A DNA stretch of 64,000 bases from contig NC_043018.1 in assembly GCF_006345805.1 (NCBI RefSeq), forward strand, positions 10,354,001 through 10,418,000. The letters are read 5' to 3'. The position numbers and the translations under genes are program-made. The notes beneath the pieces are model-generated. The model did no database searches. It was given only the letters and a program-made list of their open reading frames with translations, and had not been told where the DNA came from. The DNA comes from Octopus sinensis (lineage: Eukaryota). This document shows, in pieces, positions 39,951 to 52,028 of the stretch; within the stretch, counting starts at the first letter, position 1; every line of letters begins with the position of its first letter.

Positions 39951-41639
39951 AGATGTAGGGAAGAGTATCTGACATTAATTAATTAATCACTAACAGCAAG
40001 AACTTAACTGCCAATTCCCAATAGTCTTTAATCCTAAGTGGATGTAGAACTCTAGCTGCATTGGATCTTTTGATTGCGATAAGGAGAAAGATGAACGTAG
40101 CTATATTACCATTTCTTGACCCCCATTGTTATTCTCTTCTGCCCCTCCAAATTATAGCAGGCTTTGTGTATTTTCTCCCTGTGTTCGTTCTGCTACAATA
40201 ATAGCAGTAAGAATTCTTTTATTCTCTAGTTCTGATGAAAAATTTGCTAAAACATTGTAATGGAGTATCCTGTATGTTGAAAACCTATCTTATGCATCTG
40301 AGGAAAATGCATGCATTGATTGATTAAATGGAGTCACTTGAAACGGCCGTAATGCACTAATACCAGGACATACTTTTTACTTATTTTCTTTTTATTCACC
40401 AAAATTCGAGCTGTGAGGACAATACCAGACTGACTTAGTGTCTTAAGTACCTAATTCAACTGAATCTTAATTATTTCTATAAATACATACATATATATAA
40501 AATATATACATACACACGTGTGTGTGTGCATGTATTTGTATTTGTTTTGTGTTTGTGTCTGTCCTTCCTCAACAGCTTGACAACTGGTGTTGGTTTGTTT
40601 ACATCCCCAACTCAACACTTAAGCAAAAGAGATCAATAGAATAGATTTCAGGCTTAAATAAAGAAGTACTGGGATTGATTTGTTCAACTATTTCCTTCCA
40701 GGTGGTGCTCCAGCATGGTCCCACAGTCCAACAACAATCTAAAACTACATTATCCAATATTCACTTTTTCTGTATCCCATGTCTAAGACGACATTGTCTC
40801 ATTTGCGCCCTCTTCTCTTTTGCATTTTTATCAAAGATGTTAGGGTATGATTTTCATAAGAATTTATGAAATAACAGTTTTGGAACTATTTTAAGGAATT
40901 GTTATGAAAGAAATTCTGTTCCCTGAAGCGATGTTTGGAATAAAGCAAGAACTAATTTCTCACAACAGCTGGACATTTTTCCATTCACAGAATCTGTCTC
41001 CTTAATCAGTCAACACTCACAGGCAGGTTTGACCTGGCCGCATCTACTATTCTTTGGCTAATTGTTTTAGAGACCTATATTGTCCTGGATATGACATTAA
41101 AATGTAAAGATCTCCTTCGGTCAAGACTGACCATGGGATTGCACCTAGAAAGTTCCCCTCCAAAGCACAAGTCCTGGCAAGGTTGTGTTACAGAAGACTA
41201 GCAGTCGTCCATGCATACCAGCCTCCTGTCTCCACACCATCGATGTTATCCCAGGGAAAGGCAAAGGGGCCAACACAGCTTGGTACCAGTGATGTCGCAA
41301 CTCATTTCTACAGCTGAGTGACCTGGAGCAATGTGAAATAAAGTGTCCACCAGAATAAAATAGTAATAAAAGGGGCCCATAGATTTTTAAAAATGGTTGA
41401 GAATCATGTTTTACATAGTTCAAACTACACAAGGGAATGCGTGATAAACAAAAGGGGAATTTTGAAAAAGGTTTCTATAAAACTAGTTTCTAAAAACATT
41501 GAATGGCTATGGGGGTGCACCAGACTAAAATGGTAATCAAAAGGGTCTACAGATAAAAAAATGGTTGGAAATCCCTGATTTAGGAGAAAGAAATTCTAGA
41601 ATTCATACCCTCTTCCAACAAACCCTAAGCCAGCAGGGA

Positions 41640-41900
41640 AACGTATGGTTGAGGAAACTAACATGAAGTATGTTCAATAGTATAGATTGAGATCAGAGGC
41701 AAGGGGCGCCTATGAACCCTCAAGGGACAACCAGGAGAGTACATCAGCTGCCCTGGACTGGCATGATAGATGCAAGTTGAGGTTAACTCCATCATCTTCA
41801 GACTGGAATGTGTTCTGAATACACTTGCCAAGGATCAAATACTATGGAGGCAGCCGGTCCATTTTGGCGCACATTCTGCTGCAGTGAGAAATAATGGGAG
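41640..41900 (+). mobile_element. Highly degenerate RTE-like LINE 3' fragment
   Basis: LAKDQILWRQ resembles the RTE terminal LAQDRxxWR motif. Confidence 0.35.
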
Positions 41901-42998
41901 TGAATGCTGTCATGAGTAGACATAGACCCTATGGATACCCTGTTGGCTCTCCCACTAGTTGAGTCAATGGAGCATCGAGGATGAATGAGAGAGCTGCATT
42001 GGCACTAGGTTGATATGCAATAACAACTGAAATGAAGTACCTACTGAAGAACAAGAACACAACAAACTGCTCAGTCCAGGAATTGAACCCATGACCTTAC
42101 AATTATCAGCCCAATGTCTTAACCATTAAGCCAAGTACCTGTCTCATAGAAAACAAAAATATGCAGTAGCAACAAATTCTTTTAAATTCTACATTACTTC
42201 AAGTGGAATTTTTGTTAGATTTTGTTGATGTTCATTAATTTAAGAGAGTCCAACCAAGGAATTTAGTACATCAGGTTCAAATTCCTTATTAGCACCTTAA
42301 TTATAAATTGTAAATTTGTGTTAGAAGTTTCCAATCAACATAGAATCCTCCTACAGTAAAATCTAGTGAAATGTAATAAGATCCAGCTTTCCTAGTTTTC
42401 CCACAAAATCCCCAAGTTTTCCCACAATAGGATCAGCTCTATTCTCCCCTTAAAAAGATCCACTTACCCCAGTCTTTCTACCAAATATTCACCCGCCTTT
42501 GTCTTCCTACAAAAGATCCATTTGTTCTAGTCTTTCCTCCAAAGATCATTCTGCTCAAGTCTTCCTCACAATATCCACTGCCCTCTTCTTCCCACAAAAG
42601 ATCCATCTACCCAGATTTTCCTCCCACAAAATATCTGACGGTTCTAGTTTTCACACAAAAGTTTCATCTGCTCTGACCTTCCCATCAAAAAAAAATTTCT
42701 GCTTTAGTCTTCCCACAAAAGATGCAGGTATTCTGACCTTCCCACTAAATATTAGCAACATGACAATTTCAAACCAAATATTACAATACTGGCCATATTT
42801 ATTATTTTATAGGCGTAGGAGTGGTTGTGTGGAAAGTAGCTTGCTTATCGACCACATGGTTCTGGGTTCATTCCCACTGCATGGCACCTTGGGCAAATGT
42901 CTTCTACTATAGCCTCAGGCCGACCAAAGCCTTGTGAGTGCATTTGGTAGACAGAAACTGAAAGAAGCCTGTGTATGTATATATATTTATATATATAT

Positions 42999-43057
<59 letters not shown>

Positions 43058-43910
43058 ATATGTTGTGTGTCCGTGTCTGTCCCCACAACATTGCTTGACA
43101 ACTGATGGTGTTGTGTTTACACCTCCTTAACTTAGCGGTTTGGCAAAAGAGACCGATAGAATAAGTACTAGTCCCGGGGTCGATTTGCTCAACTGAAGGC
43201 GGTGTTCCAGCATGGCCGCAGTCAAATGACTGAAACAAGTAGAGAGTAAAAGAATAAGTACAAAATTTGCCATGACACTAAAATCTGGGTCTTGGCTTTC
43301 AGTTGTGCTAGGGTCTAGGGGAAGGGAAAGGGACATTGCAGGGGAGAAGTCTTAACAACTGTTTCAATTAGATTGGAGGAAGTTGTAGTAGATAAGAAGG
43401 GGGGGTCCTTGTAGAAGAAGGGGGAAGTAACAAATGGGAAAAGGGGGGAGGTACTTGTAGAGGAGGGAGATGAAATGGCATCACAAATGTAATTTTCTGA
43501 CGGTTTACCCTTGCAATGTTGACTGAAGGATCCTCAAAAATAGCAGCCAAATCTCCTTTAAACCATCTTATGTCATCTTAATACAAGAAAGAACATATGG
43601 AATAAATGCAATCCTAGTAAACCCCTAAAAAGGAGAGTTTTAGTTTTGATGCTTTTGATCGTGTGTCTGATTTGTCATAGCTGACCTAGGGTTAAAGAAC
43701 AATACTAACAACTGAGGGAGCTTCTATGTGGTCATTCAACCAGCTAGAAATAGCAGCCAAATCTCCTTCAAATTACTCCTTACCATACTGAATCAACAAC
43801 AGCAACAATAACAGCCAGCAGTTTGAAAACAATTTACAACATAATTACATAAATAAAATATGGAAAAAAAAACCCAATCAATCAATAAAGATCAATAAAA
43901 TAATTCTTAC

Positions 43911-43983
43911 AACTTTGACATTTGACCAAAGACAGGAACTGTAGAACAGCCACTAAGAGTAAGAGTGTTCGATTCTTAACCAT
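43911..43983 (-). CDS. Coding exon 1 of secreted cysteine-rich mucin/defensin-like gene (signal peptide)
   Basis: accATGG Kozak context. Translates MVKNRTLLLLVAVLQFLSLVKCQS+T (basic N-terminus, hydrophobic core, V-x-C cleavage site), followed by the phase-1 donor T|gtaaga. Confidence 0.8.
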
Positions 43984-44037
43984 GGTTCTTGTAGAGGATT
44001 CTACAAATCTGTTATGTAATTTCTTATGGCGCTTAGT

Positions 44038-44068
44038 AAATGATATGGTCTGTGAGGAGTCTTATATA
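44038..44068 (-). promoter_or_regulatory. Putative TATA box (TATATAA, 44068-44062) and initiator (TCATTT, 44043-44038) of the Cys-rich gene
   Basis: TATA starts 27 nt upstream of the A of a TCAKTY-type Inr, giving a ~58-nt 5' UTR before the ATG at 43983. Confidence 0.55.
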
Positions 44069-45137
44069 CTAAAACACTTCTCATTAAATACGTTGCTGTT
44101 GGCAGCCACATCACATTCGGTAAACCTGACATTATCCAGCTGGGAGAGACAGAAGTGTGGGTTGTTTGAGATGAAAGTACAGGTTGAAATTACAAGGAAA
44201 GCACGTAGGCTTTAGAAATCCTAATAGCTTGTTACTGTTGTTTTCATTGTTGTTTGTTATTATTGTTATTATTGACTGTCATAAGTCATTATCTGAAAAT
44301 GTTGTCGTGTTATTGTTTAAACAGCTGCGCAAATCCTAGCAAATAGAAAACAGAAAAAGTGATTAAATTATTTGTAAAGTTCCAAAATGGCAGATGTCCT
44401 GAGGGTGTTAGGGGAGAAGTGTTGGTATTGAGATTATCAATATTTTATTATTTTGAATTGATCCTCAGGTCGTATTCTATAATTTAAGTGGTTTATTTAT
44501 TGAACAGATGAATTTAACGAGTGGGAAACAGGTTTTCAGATCTTGCATTAATTATGTGATATTGCGATCCCTCATGATGGAAATAGCTTTTGATTGAGTT
44601 TAAAAACACCATAGAGAAACATAAAAGAAAACACCGGGCAGTCACTCAGGCTAAATAAACATTTCAGTCACTACAAAGACCGCATTTCATGTGAACAGCA
44701 GTTGACTATCTCTTATCTGTTGTTGGTTTCAGTCACTGGCCTGCACTCATGCTGGGGCACCACACTGGAAGAATTTTAATTAGACAAATCAACCCCAGTG
44801 CCTTTTTTTTTTTTCTTTTTGGTTTTTTGAAGCCTGGTATTTATTTCATTGGTTTCTTTTGCCACACTGTTAAGTTACAGGGATGTAAACAAACCAACAT
44901 CGGTTGTAAAACAGAGGTGGGAGACAAAAAACAGACACAAACACACACATGCACGTACATGCATACACACATGCACATACATATGTACATACATACATAC
45001 ATGCATGCATACATAGACATGCATATACATGCATACATGCATACACACATACACACATACATATATGCATGCACATACATACACACATACATGCATGCAA
45101 ACATACATACATACATACATACATACATGCATGCATG

Positions 45138-45194
<57 letters not shown>

Positions 45195-45893
45195 CGGAGG
45201 CAATGGGGCTGAGTTCCTTTTGAGTGTTGAGCCTCATAGAGGCAATGACCAAGACCTTTGGCATTATGTCGTGCTTGAGAAGAAGACCCATCAAGCCAAG
45301 GAAAATTGCAGTCATGGCAGATACCAGTGTCACACAAATTGGCACCCATGTTGGTGGCACATAAATGAACCCCGGCGTTACACAAATGGCACTCATGCCG
45401 GTGGCAATATAAAAGCACCCATTACACTCTCGGAGTGGTTGGCATTAGAAAGGACATCCAGCTGTGGAAACCATGCCAAATCAGATTGGAGTCAGCCCGC
45501 TTATGATCTGTGCTAACTGAGTATAGATATGGTTTTTAGAGCCATTTGGTGTCTATTTCTAGAACGGTGGTGGAGTTTATCTGCACCCTTTAATATATAT
45601 CATATAATTATAAATAAATATAAATTGTTACCTACAAGGTTTTTATTTCATGCTGGCCACTTGATAAAATCATTAAAATGGCTTTATCCTTAAATTCATT
45701 ATCATCATTGTTTAACACTATACTTGTTCCACAGTCCTTGCGTTGTTGTGTTTTCTCTTTGTTCATGTTTGGATTAACTACATCATGGGTTGGACAGTCT
45801 GACTGAGGTCTGGAGAGCTAGCGGCTGCACCAGGCTTCAATCTGATATGGTAATGTTTCTACAGCTGGATGCTTTTCCTAATGCCACTCCGAG

Positions 45894-45924
<31 letters not shown>

Positions 45925-46285
45925 TACGATGAGCGTTTTTCAGTTTCCACCTACCAAATCCACTCACAAGGCTTTGGTTGGCCCGAGACTATAGTAGAAG
46001 ACACTTGCCCATGGTGCTGTGCAGTAGGACTGAACCTGGAACTATGTGGTTGGTACGCAAGCTACTTACCACACAGCCACTCATGCGCCTATATATATAT
46101 AATGCGCTTGCCTTAGATTTTCCTTTGGGGCTGGCCAGATCAGAGCAATCTCAAGATTAATCAGCCGAAATTGCGAGGATGATCCGGTTCTTGACTGAAG
46201 ATTGAAGGCTTCGAATGTCCCGTCCATGTTTTTTGTATCGCCTTCTAAATGTTTTACGTTCTTGTCCCAGTTTGTATTTTTTTAC

Positions 46286-46323
<38 letters not shown>

Positions 46324-46327
<4 letters not shown>

Positions 46328-46535
46328 ATACAGAAATAAATTTTTTATTTTCAAACGCGTGATAATGCTAATAAATTAGCGTGATCAGGATAAATTATCC
46401 ATACACTGTAGAAAAATATGTTACTGGCCAGCCATGCAACGTATTTTTCTGCAATGTATGGATAATTTATCCTGATCACACTAATTTATTAGCATTATCA
46501 CACGTTTGAAAATAAAAATTTATTTCTGTATCTTT
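46324..46535. mobile_element. Foldback/MITE-like element (~100-bp arms, ~15-nt spacer)
   Basis: aaagatacagaaataaa...tttatttctgtatcttt inverted arms adjacent to a (TA)n tract. Confidence 0.7.
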
Positions 46536-47048
46536 CAATACATCTCAACGCTTCTAAAATAAACTTTGTTTACTTTCATCATAAGTTTTATATATACATT
46601 TGATTTAATCCTAAATCTAATTTTCCCCTGTAAGTCTGGATATACTCCCGTGCAGGAGTGGCTGTGTGGTAAGTAGCTTGCTTACCAACCATATGGATCC
46701 GGGTTCAGTCCACTGTGTGGCACCTTGGGCAAGTGTCTTCTATTATAGCCTCGGGCTGACCAAAGCCTTGTGAGTGGATTTGGTAGACAGAAACTGAAAG
46801 AAGTCCATCGTATATATGTGTATATATATATATATGTGTGCATGTATGTTTGTGTGTCCGTGTTTGTCCCACTAGCATTGCTTGACAACTGATGCTGGTG
46901 TGTTTATGTCCCCGTCACTTAGCGGTTCAGCAAAAGAGACCAATAGAATAAGTACTGGGCTTACAAAGAATAAGTCCCAGGGTCGAGTTGCTCGACTAAA
47001 GGTGGTGCTTCAGCATGGCCGCAGCCAAATGACTGAAATAAGTAAAAG

Positions 47049-47103
<55 letters not shown>

Positions 47104-47617
47104 ATGTGTGTGTGTGTGTGTGTGTATACATACATATACACACAAATGAGGCTGTGTTTTCTAAAACCTGTGATTGGCGTGAAAGATTAAGACACTAGGA
47201 TTTTTCTTACTTTCTTGACATGAAGCTAATAATGGCTTTAATTCACAAATAAAGAAATTTTATCCACCAATGCGATGTTGAACACTCATTTTTGTCATTC
47301 GACATTTATGCATATATGTATGTATATGCATGTGTGTGTATGTGTGTATTTTGTTATTCGACATTTATGTATATATGTATATATATGCATGTGTGTGTAT
47401 GTGTGTGTGTCTGTGTCTGTGTTACGCCCCCATAACTTAGTGGTACAGCAAAAGGGACTAGTAGAATAAGCACTAGGCTTAGAAAAAATAAGTCCTGGAG
47501 ATGATTTCTTTGACCGTAACCCATTAAGGCAGTACACCAGCATGGCCGCAGTCAAAAGGACTGGAACTAGTAAAAGAACAAAAGAATGTTCTCAGAATTA
47601 ATCGAAAGAATGGTATT

Positions 47618-47945
47618 GTATTGGGTGGTCACGTATATTTGCTTCGTTCCAATATTATTTGAATTAACCCAGAATTTATTGATATTTTCGTGTTTTCGGT
47701 TTTTTGTGACTCGATTCTTCCTCGACATCTTTTGTTTAATGTTTTTGGAAATTTGAATAAATTCTACTTTTGTTCAGATATTTGATGATGGAATGCCAAG
47801 GAGATAAAAGAAAAATTAACATTTTCCATACTTGTTTCTTTTTGCTTTCACTCAATGTTCCAAAACTGCCAAGGCCTCGAGAGACAACATATGAAGAAGG
47901 TACTATTCCTGGAAGAGTGGTACAGAAGTGGTTTCCCGTCGTTGA
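47618..47945 (+). mobile_element. Mariner 5' relic (TIR plus HTH)
   Basis: TATTGGGTGGTC TIR-like start; MECQ..F..TYEEGTIPGRVVQKWF resembles the mariner N-terminal HTH. Confidence 0.6.
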
Positions 47946-49044
47946 CCCGCATGAGAGCTCTGCTGCTGTCTTTCTGTCCTGGCTGCCTTCAAGTAGAGAC
48001 GGCACTTTCTGTTGCTCCTTCGCCGTTCTCAAAAATAGCGTTCGTAATATTTTATCTCATTTGGCTTATCAGCCCTTCTTGTTTGTGTTACTGTTATTCT
48101 CCTTGTCCTGTCTTTTACTATTTATATTTTATACTGTCGTTACTGTCCTGTTTTTGTTACCATTTTTACCCCTCCGCAAAAAAATCTCAAATTTTATTTA
48201 ATTTGCTTTTCGCGGGAAGGAATGTTTCATTAAAGTCGTGTCTCGCATTGACCTTCGAAACGTGGAGTAGATGAAACAAAGGCGACTGAAGGAGGGGAAT
48301 TTTCCTTGTTTTGTATGTCCTGTGCTCTTTTTTTTCGTTGTTTAAGAAAAATGTCCATTTCCTTGGCTTTGTGTTTATGTTTTCGTTTCTCATTGTGTTC
48401 GACGTTTTTTTGGTGTCCTGTACCCATATATGCGTGTATATATACATGTAGAGGTAGGTACGTACATATATGTATGTAGATATGCATATGTTTTATTTAT
48501 TTATTAATTTATTACATACATTCATATGTATATTGTTGTAATTGTCATTTTAGTAAATAAATAAATTGACATAATATAATGTCTAAAAGTTGATAACTAC
48601 CACCTATTAATCCCCTCCATTCTCTTATTGATCTCTCTCTCTATATATATATATTGATATTAATGGTAAGGCAACAAAAGAATGAAAGGGACCTCGATAT
48701 TATGTAAATAGAGAAATTTATTTGTAATTAAAATATAGAGTATATTTTAATTGCCTCAATAACTAAAGAGATACTGGAGCAGGTTTCCACTTGGAGTTTT
48801 ATTATGGCAACCGAATAAGTGTCACATTTATTGCAAATATACATGTGACCGTGTGTGTATCATTGGCGATTTTCTTTCTCCGTCTGCCTTCCTTGGACCT
48901 TTCCTTTTTCTATGTTTCTGACGAAGAGCTCCACTCGAAACATTCAATCCTCCTTCTTTCTTTCCTTTCCTGAGCATCCAATAACACTATACTTGTTCCA
49001 CGTCCTCGTGTTGTTGTGTTTTCTCTTTGTTCATGTTTGGATTA

Positions 49045-49080
<36 letters not shown>

Positions 49081-49191
49081 TACACCCAATGGACACACAT
49101 AAATGTAACCATCAACATAATCTTTCTCGCTCATAACACCTGTATGTTCTGAAAATATAATTTTACCAAATAAAGAGCACTTCGTATTCAA

Positions 49192-49273
49192 AGCTCTGAT
49201 GAAGCTTTAGGATGTTATCCACGTACTCTACTAAAAGTCCATCACATCTTATAGCAGAAACAGCTGCAAGCTA
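49192..49273 (+). ncRNA. Degenerate hammerhead ribozyme motif
   Basis: agct-CTGATGA-agct..taggatgt/acatctta..agca-GAAAC-agct-GCA-agct. The cleavage triplet reads GCA instead of GUH. Confidence 0.5.
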
Positions 49274-50071
49274 ATGAAGTTCATTCCAGAACATTTTGGG
49301 ATTTTTCCGGTGTCATCTCTTACCACTCTATACCATTCTATACTCATCTAACATTGTGTTCTGAAGCATACGTATATTGAGTTCTACACCACATTATTAG
49401 TCTCACTATGTCCAAGTGAAATATTAAAATGTGTGTGCATGCGTGTGTGTGTGTGTTGTGTGTGTGTAAGTCGTCTGAGTGTCCATGAGTCAGGAGAAAT
49501 GTGCACTTGTATATTTATCAATAGAGTGGGTATATTATCCAAACAGTATAGTATCATCATCATCATGATCATCATCATCGTTTAACGTCGGTTTTCCATG
49601 CTGGCATGGGTTGGACAGTGTGACAGGTCTGGAGAGCCAGCAGTTGCACCATGCTCCAGTCTGATCTGGTAATGTTTCTACAACAGGATGCCCTTCCTAA
49701 TGCCAACCCCTCTGAGAGTTTAATGAGTGCTTTTTACATGCCACTGGCACAGTCAGGCGCCCCTGGCCAGTCAGGCGCCCCTGGTCAGTCAGGTGCCCCT
49801 GGTCAGTCAGGTGCCCCTGGTCAGTCAGGTGCCCCTGGTATCAATCATGTTTAGATAGTTCTTTTTACGTGCCACCAGCCAATCAGGCAGTCCTGGCATC
49901 GACCACATTCAGATGGTGCTTTTTACATGCCACTGGCAAAGGAGCCAGTCAGGGGACACTGGCCACAGCTATGATTTTGGTTTTACTTGACTCAACAGGT
50001 TTTCTCAAGGATACCATATTGCTCAACACATCAAGGGTACTTTATGTGTGTATATATATATATATATATAC

Positions 50072-50148
<77 letters not shown>

Positions 50149-51293
50149 GTATCAATATATGAATTCAAGTAATCCAGTCGTGCTCATAAAAGTAACTCTT
50201 TAAAGTATTATTCTACATAACACAGAATCTATTGTATGATACAAGAGAAATGACAGAGAAACGCTTTGAAGGATTTTTCTGCCTTTTGCATTTTGTATTA
50301 ATGCTGGTATGTAAGTAATTTATCATTAAATATAATAATATAAATCATATACATGTCTTTAAGTTATGAAACAATTTGTTGTGAAATTAGAATTTTTTTT
50401 ATTGTTAAATAAAATTTTGTCAAATGATTTTTCTTTGACAATATTTGTCATCTCAGAGCTAAAGCAGAATATATTTGCACAAGGCTCCATGCAGTGGAAC
50501 TGAACCAAGAACCACATGCTTGCAAAGTAAGTTTCTTAACCAGATAGCCATGCCTGTGTCCATGGAAGCAAGGAGAGAATTGTAGAGGGTTGATACAACT
50601 AAGAAAGGACTGAGCTAAAATTTTAAATGTGAGCTGGGCCTAAGTGAAGGGGCCATTAAATACTACTCTCAGGTACTGCCAAATAACAACAAACATTCAC
50701 AAATTGGAAATCTCTCAAGATATTGATTTGGAATTAATTTCAAAAATTCTACAAAGGTATAAAACTGTTCCATAAAATATATTAATCGAATTGAGACAGA
50801 TTAAGTGAAATTATTTGCTGAATTCCTCACTTTTTCTAGTGTTTATTAGAATCTTAATATTTCTATCTATAAAAAAAAAAAAACTGTCTGATTTCTGAAT
50901 ATTTCAATAGATATTAGATATAGCTGTGATTTTAAAAAAATTCTTTCATAAAATGATATTAACTTAGATATATTTGCGTGTGTGAGTCTTCATATGTACA
51001 CACACACACACATACGTGTATGTGTATATGTGTGTGTGTATGTGTCTGTGTGTGTGTATATATATATATACATACATACATACATACATACATACATACA
51101 TACATACATACATACATACATACATACAAATATATATGTATATGAACACACACACATATATGCACATATATATAAATATATGCATACAGACACTTAAATC
51201 TAATAATTTTCATATTTGTTAAACTTGCATCCATAATATATATATATATTTAAGAAATATTTACTACATTTGATATTCAATATTAATGAATTA

Positions 51294-51337
<44 letters not shown>

Positions 51338-51667
51338 CTGTTTGTGTTGTTTGGCAATTATGAGAATTACTTTTAGAAAAAAGGAGCTGGTTTATATCAA
51401 AGAGAAAAACCTCCAATCCTAGAATTTGTCTGTGTGGTCTCACCTGTTTTTTATTATTTGAATTCTTCATGTAAGGGAGGAACTGGTTTCTAAGATACGA
51501 AGTTCCACTGTTGGAATATTAACAAAAACAATGTCACATTTTAAACTTCAGAGAAGTTTTACTGTTCCACTTAGAGACTGTATTTGTAAGGAATATACTA
51601 ACTGGTTAATTTCTTTATCTGAAAGCCTTAGCCTTTTCAGATTCTTACATAAATATTTACTTGTGGA

Positions 51668-51910
51668 GGTGCATGGCTTATTGGTTAGGGTGTTGGACTC
51701 ATGATCATAAGATTGTGGTTTCGATTCCTGGACCAAGCGGTGCATTGTGTTCTTGAGCAAAACACTTCATTTCACGCTGCTCCAGTCCACTCAGCTGGCA
51801 AAAGTGAGTAATCCTGCGATAGACTAGTGTCCCATCCAGGAGGGAGACATATACGCCATGGAAACTGCGAAAGGGGCCCTTATGAACCAGCATGACTCAA
51901 GAAGGAAACT
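51668..51910 (+). mobile_element. tRNA-derived SINE family E
   Basis: Head ggtgcatggcttattggttagggtgttggactc..gtttcgattcc. Other copies: 23830-24150(+), 38235-38546(-), 41115-41345(-), 58625-58870(+). Confidence 0.85.
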
Positions 51911-51982
51911 TTACCTTTACCCTTTTTTTTTAACCTTTATGTATTTACTCACAAAACCAAGGCCACGAGTTATTGTTGGTAT

Positions 51983-52028
<46 letters not shown>

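Noticed and set aside
49745-49840. Collagen-like (GAPGQS)5 ORF
   Set aside because: An 18-bp tandem expansion of an internal sub-repeat of family B, flanked by that repeat on both sides.
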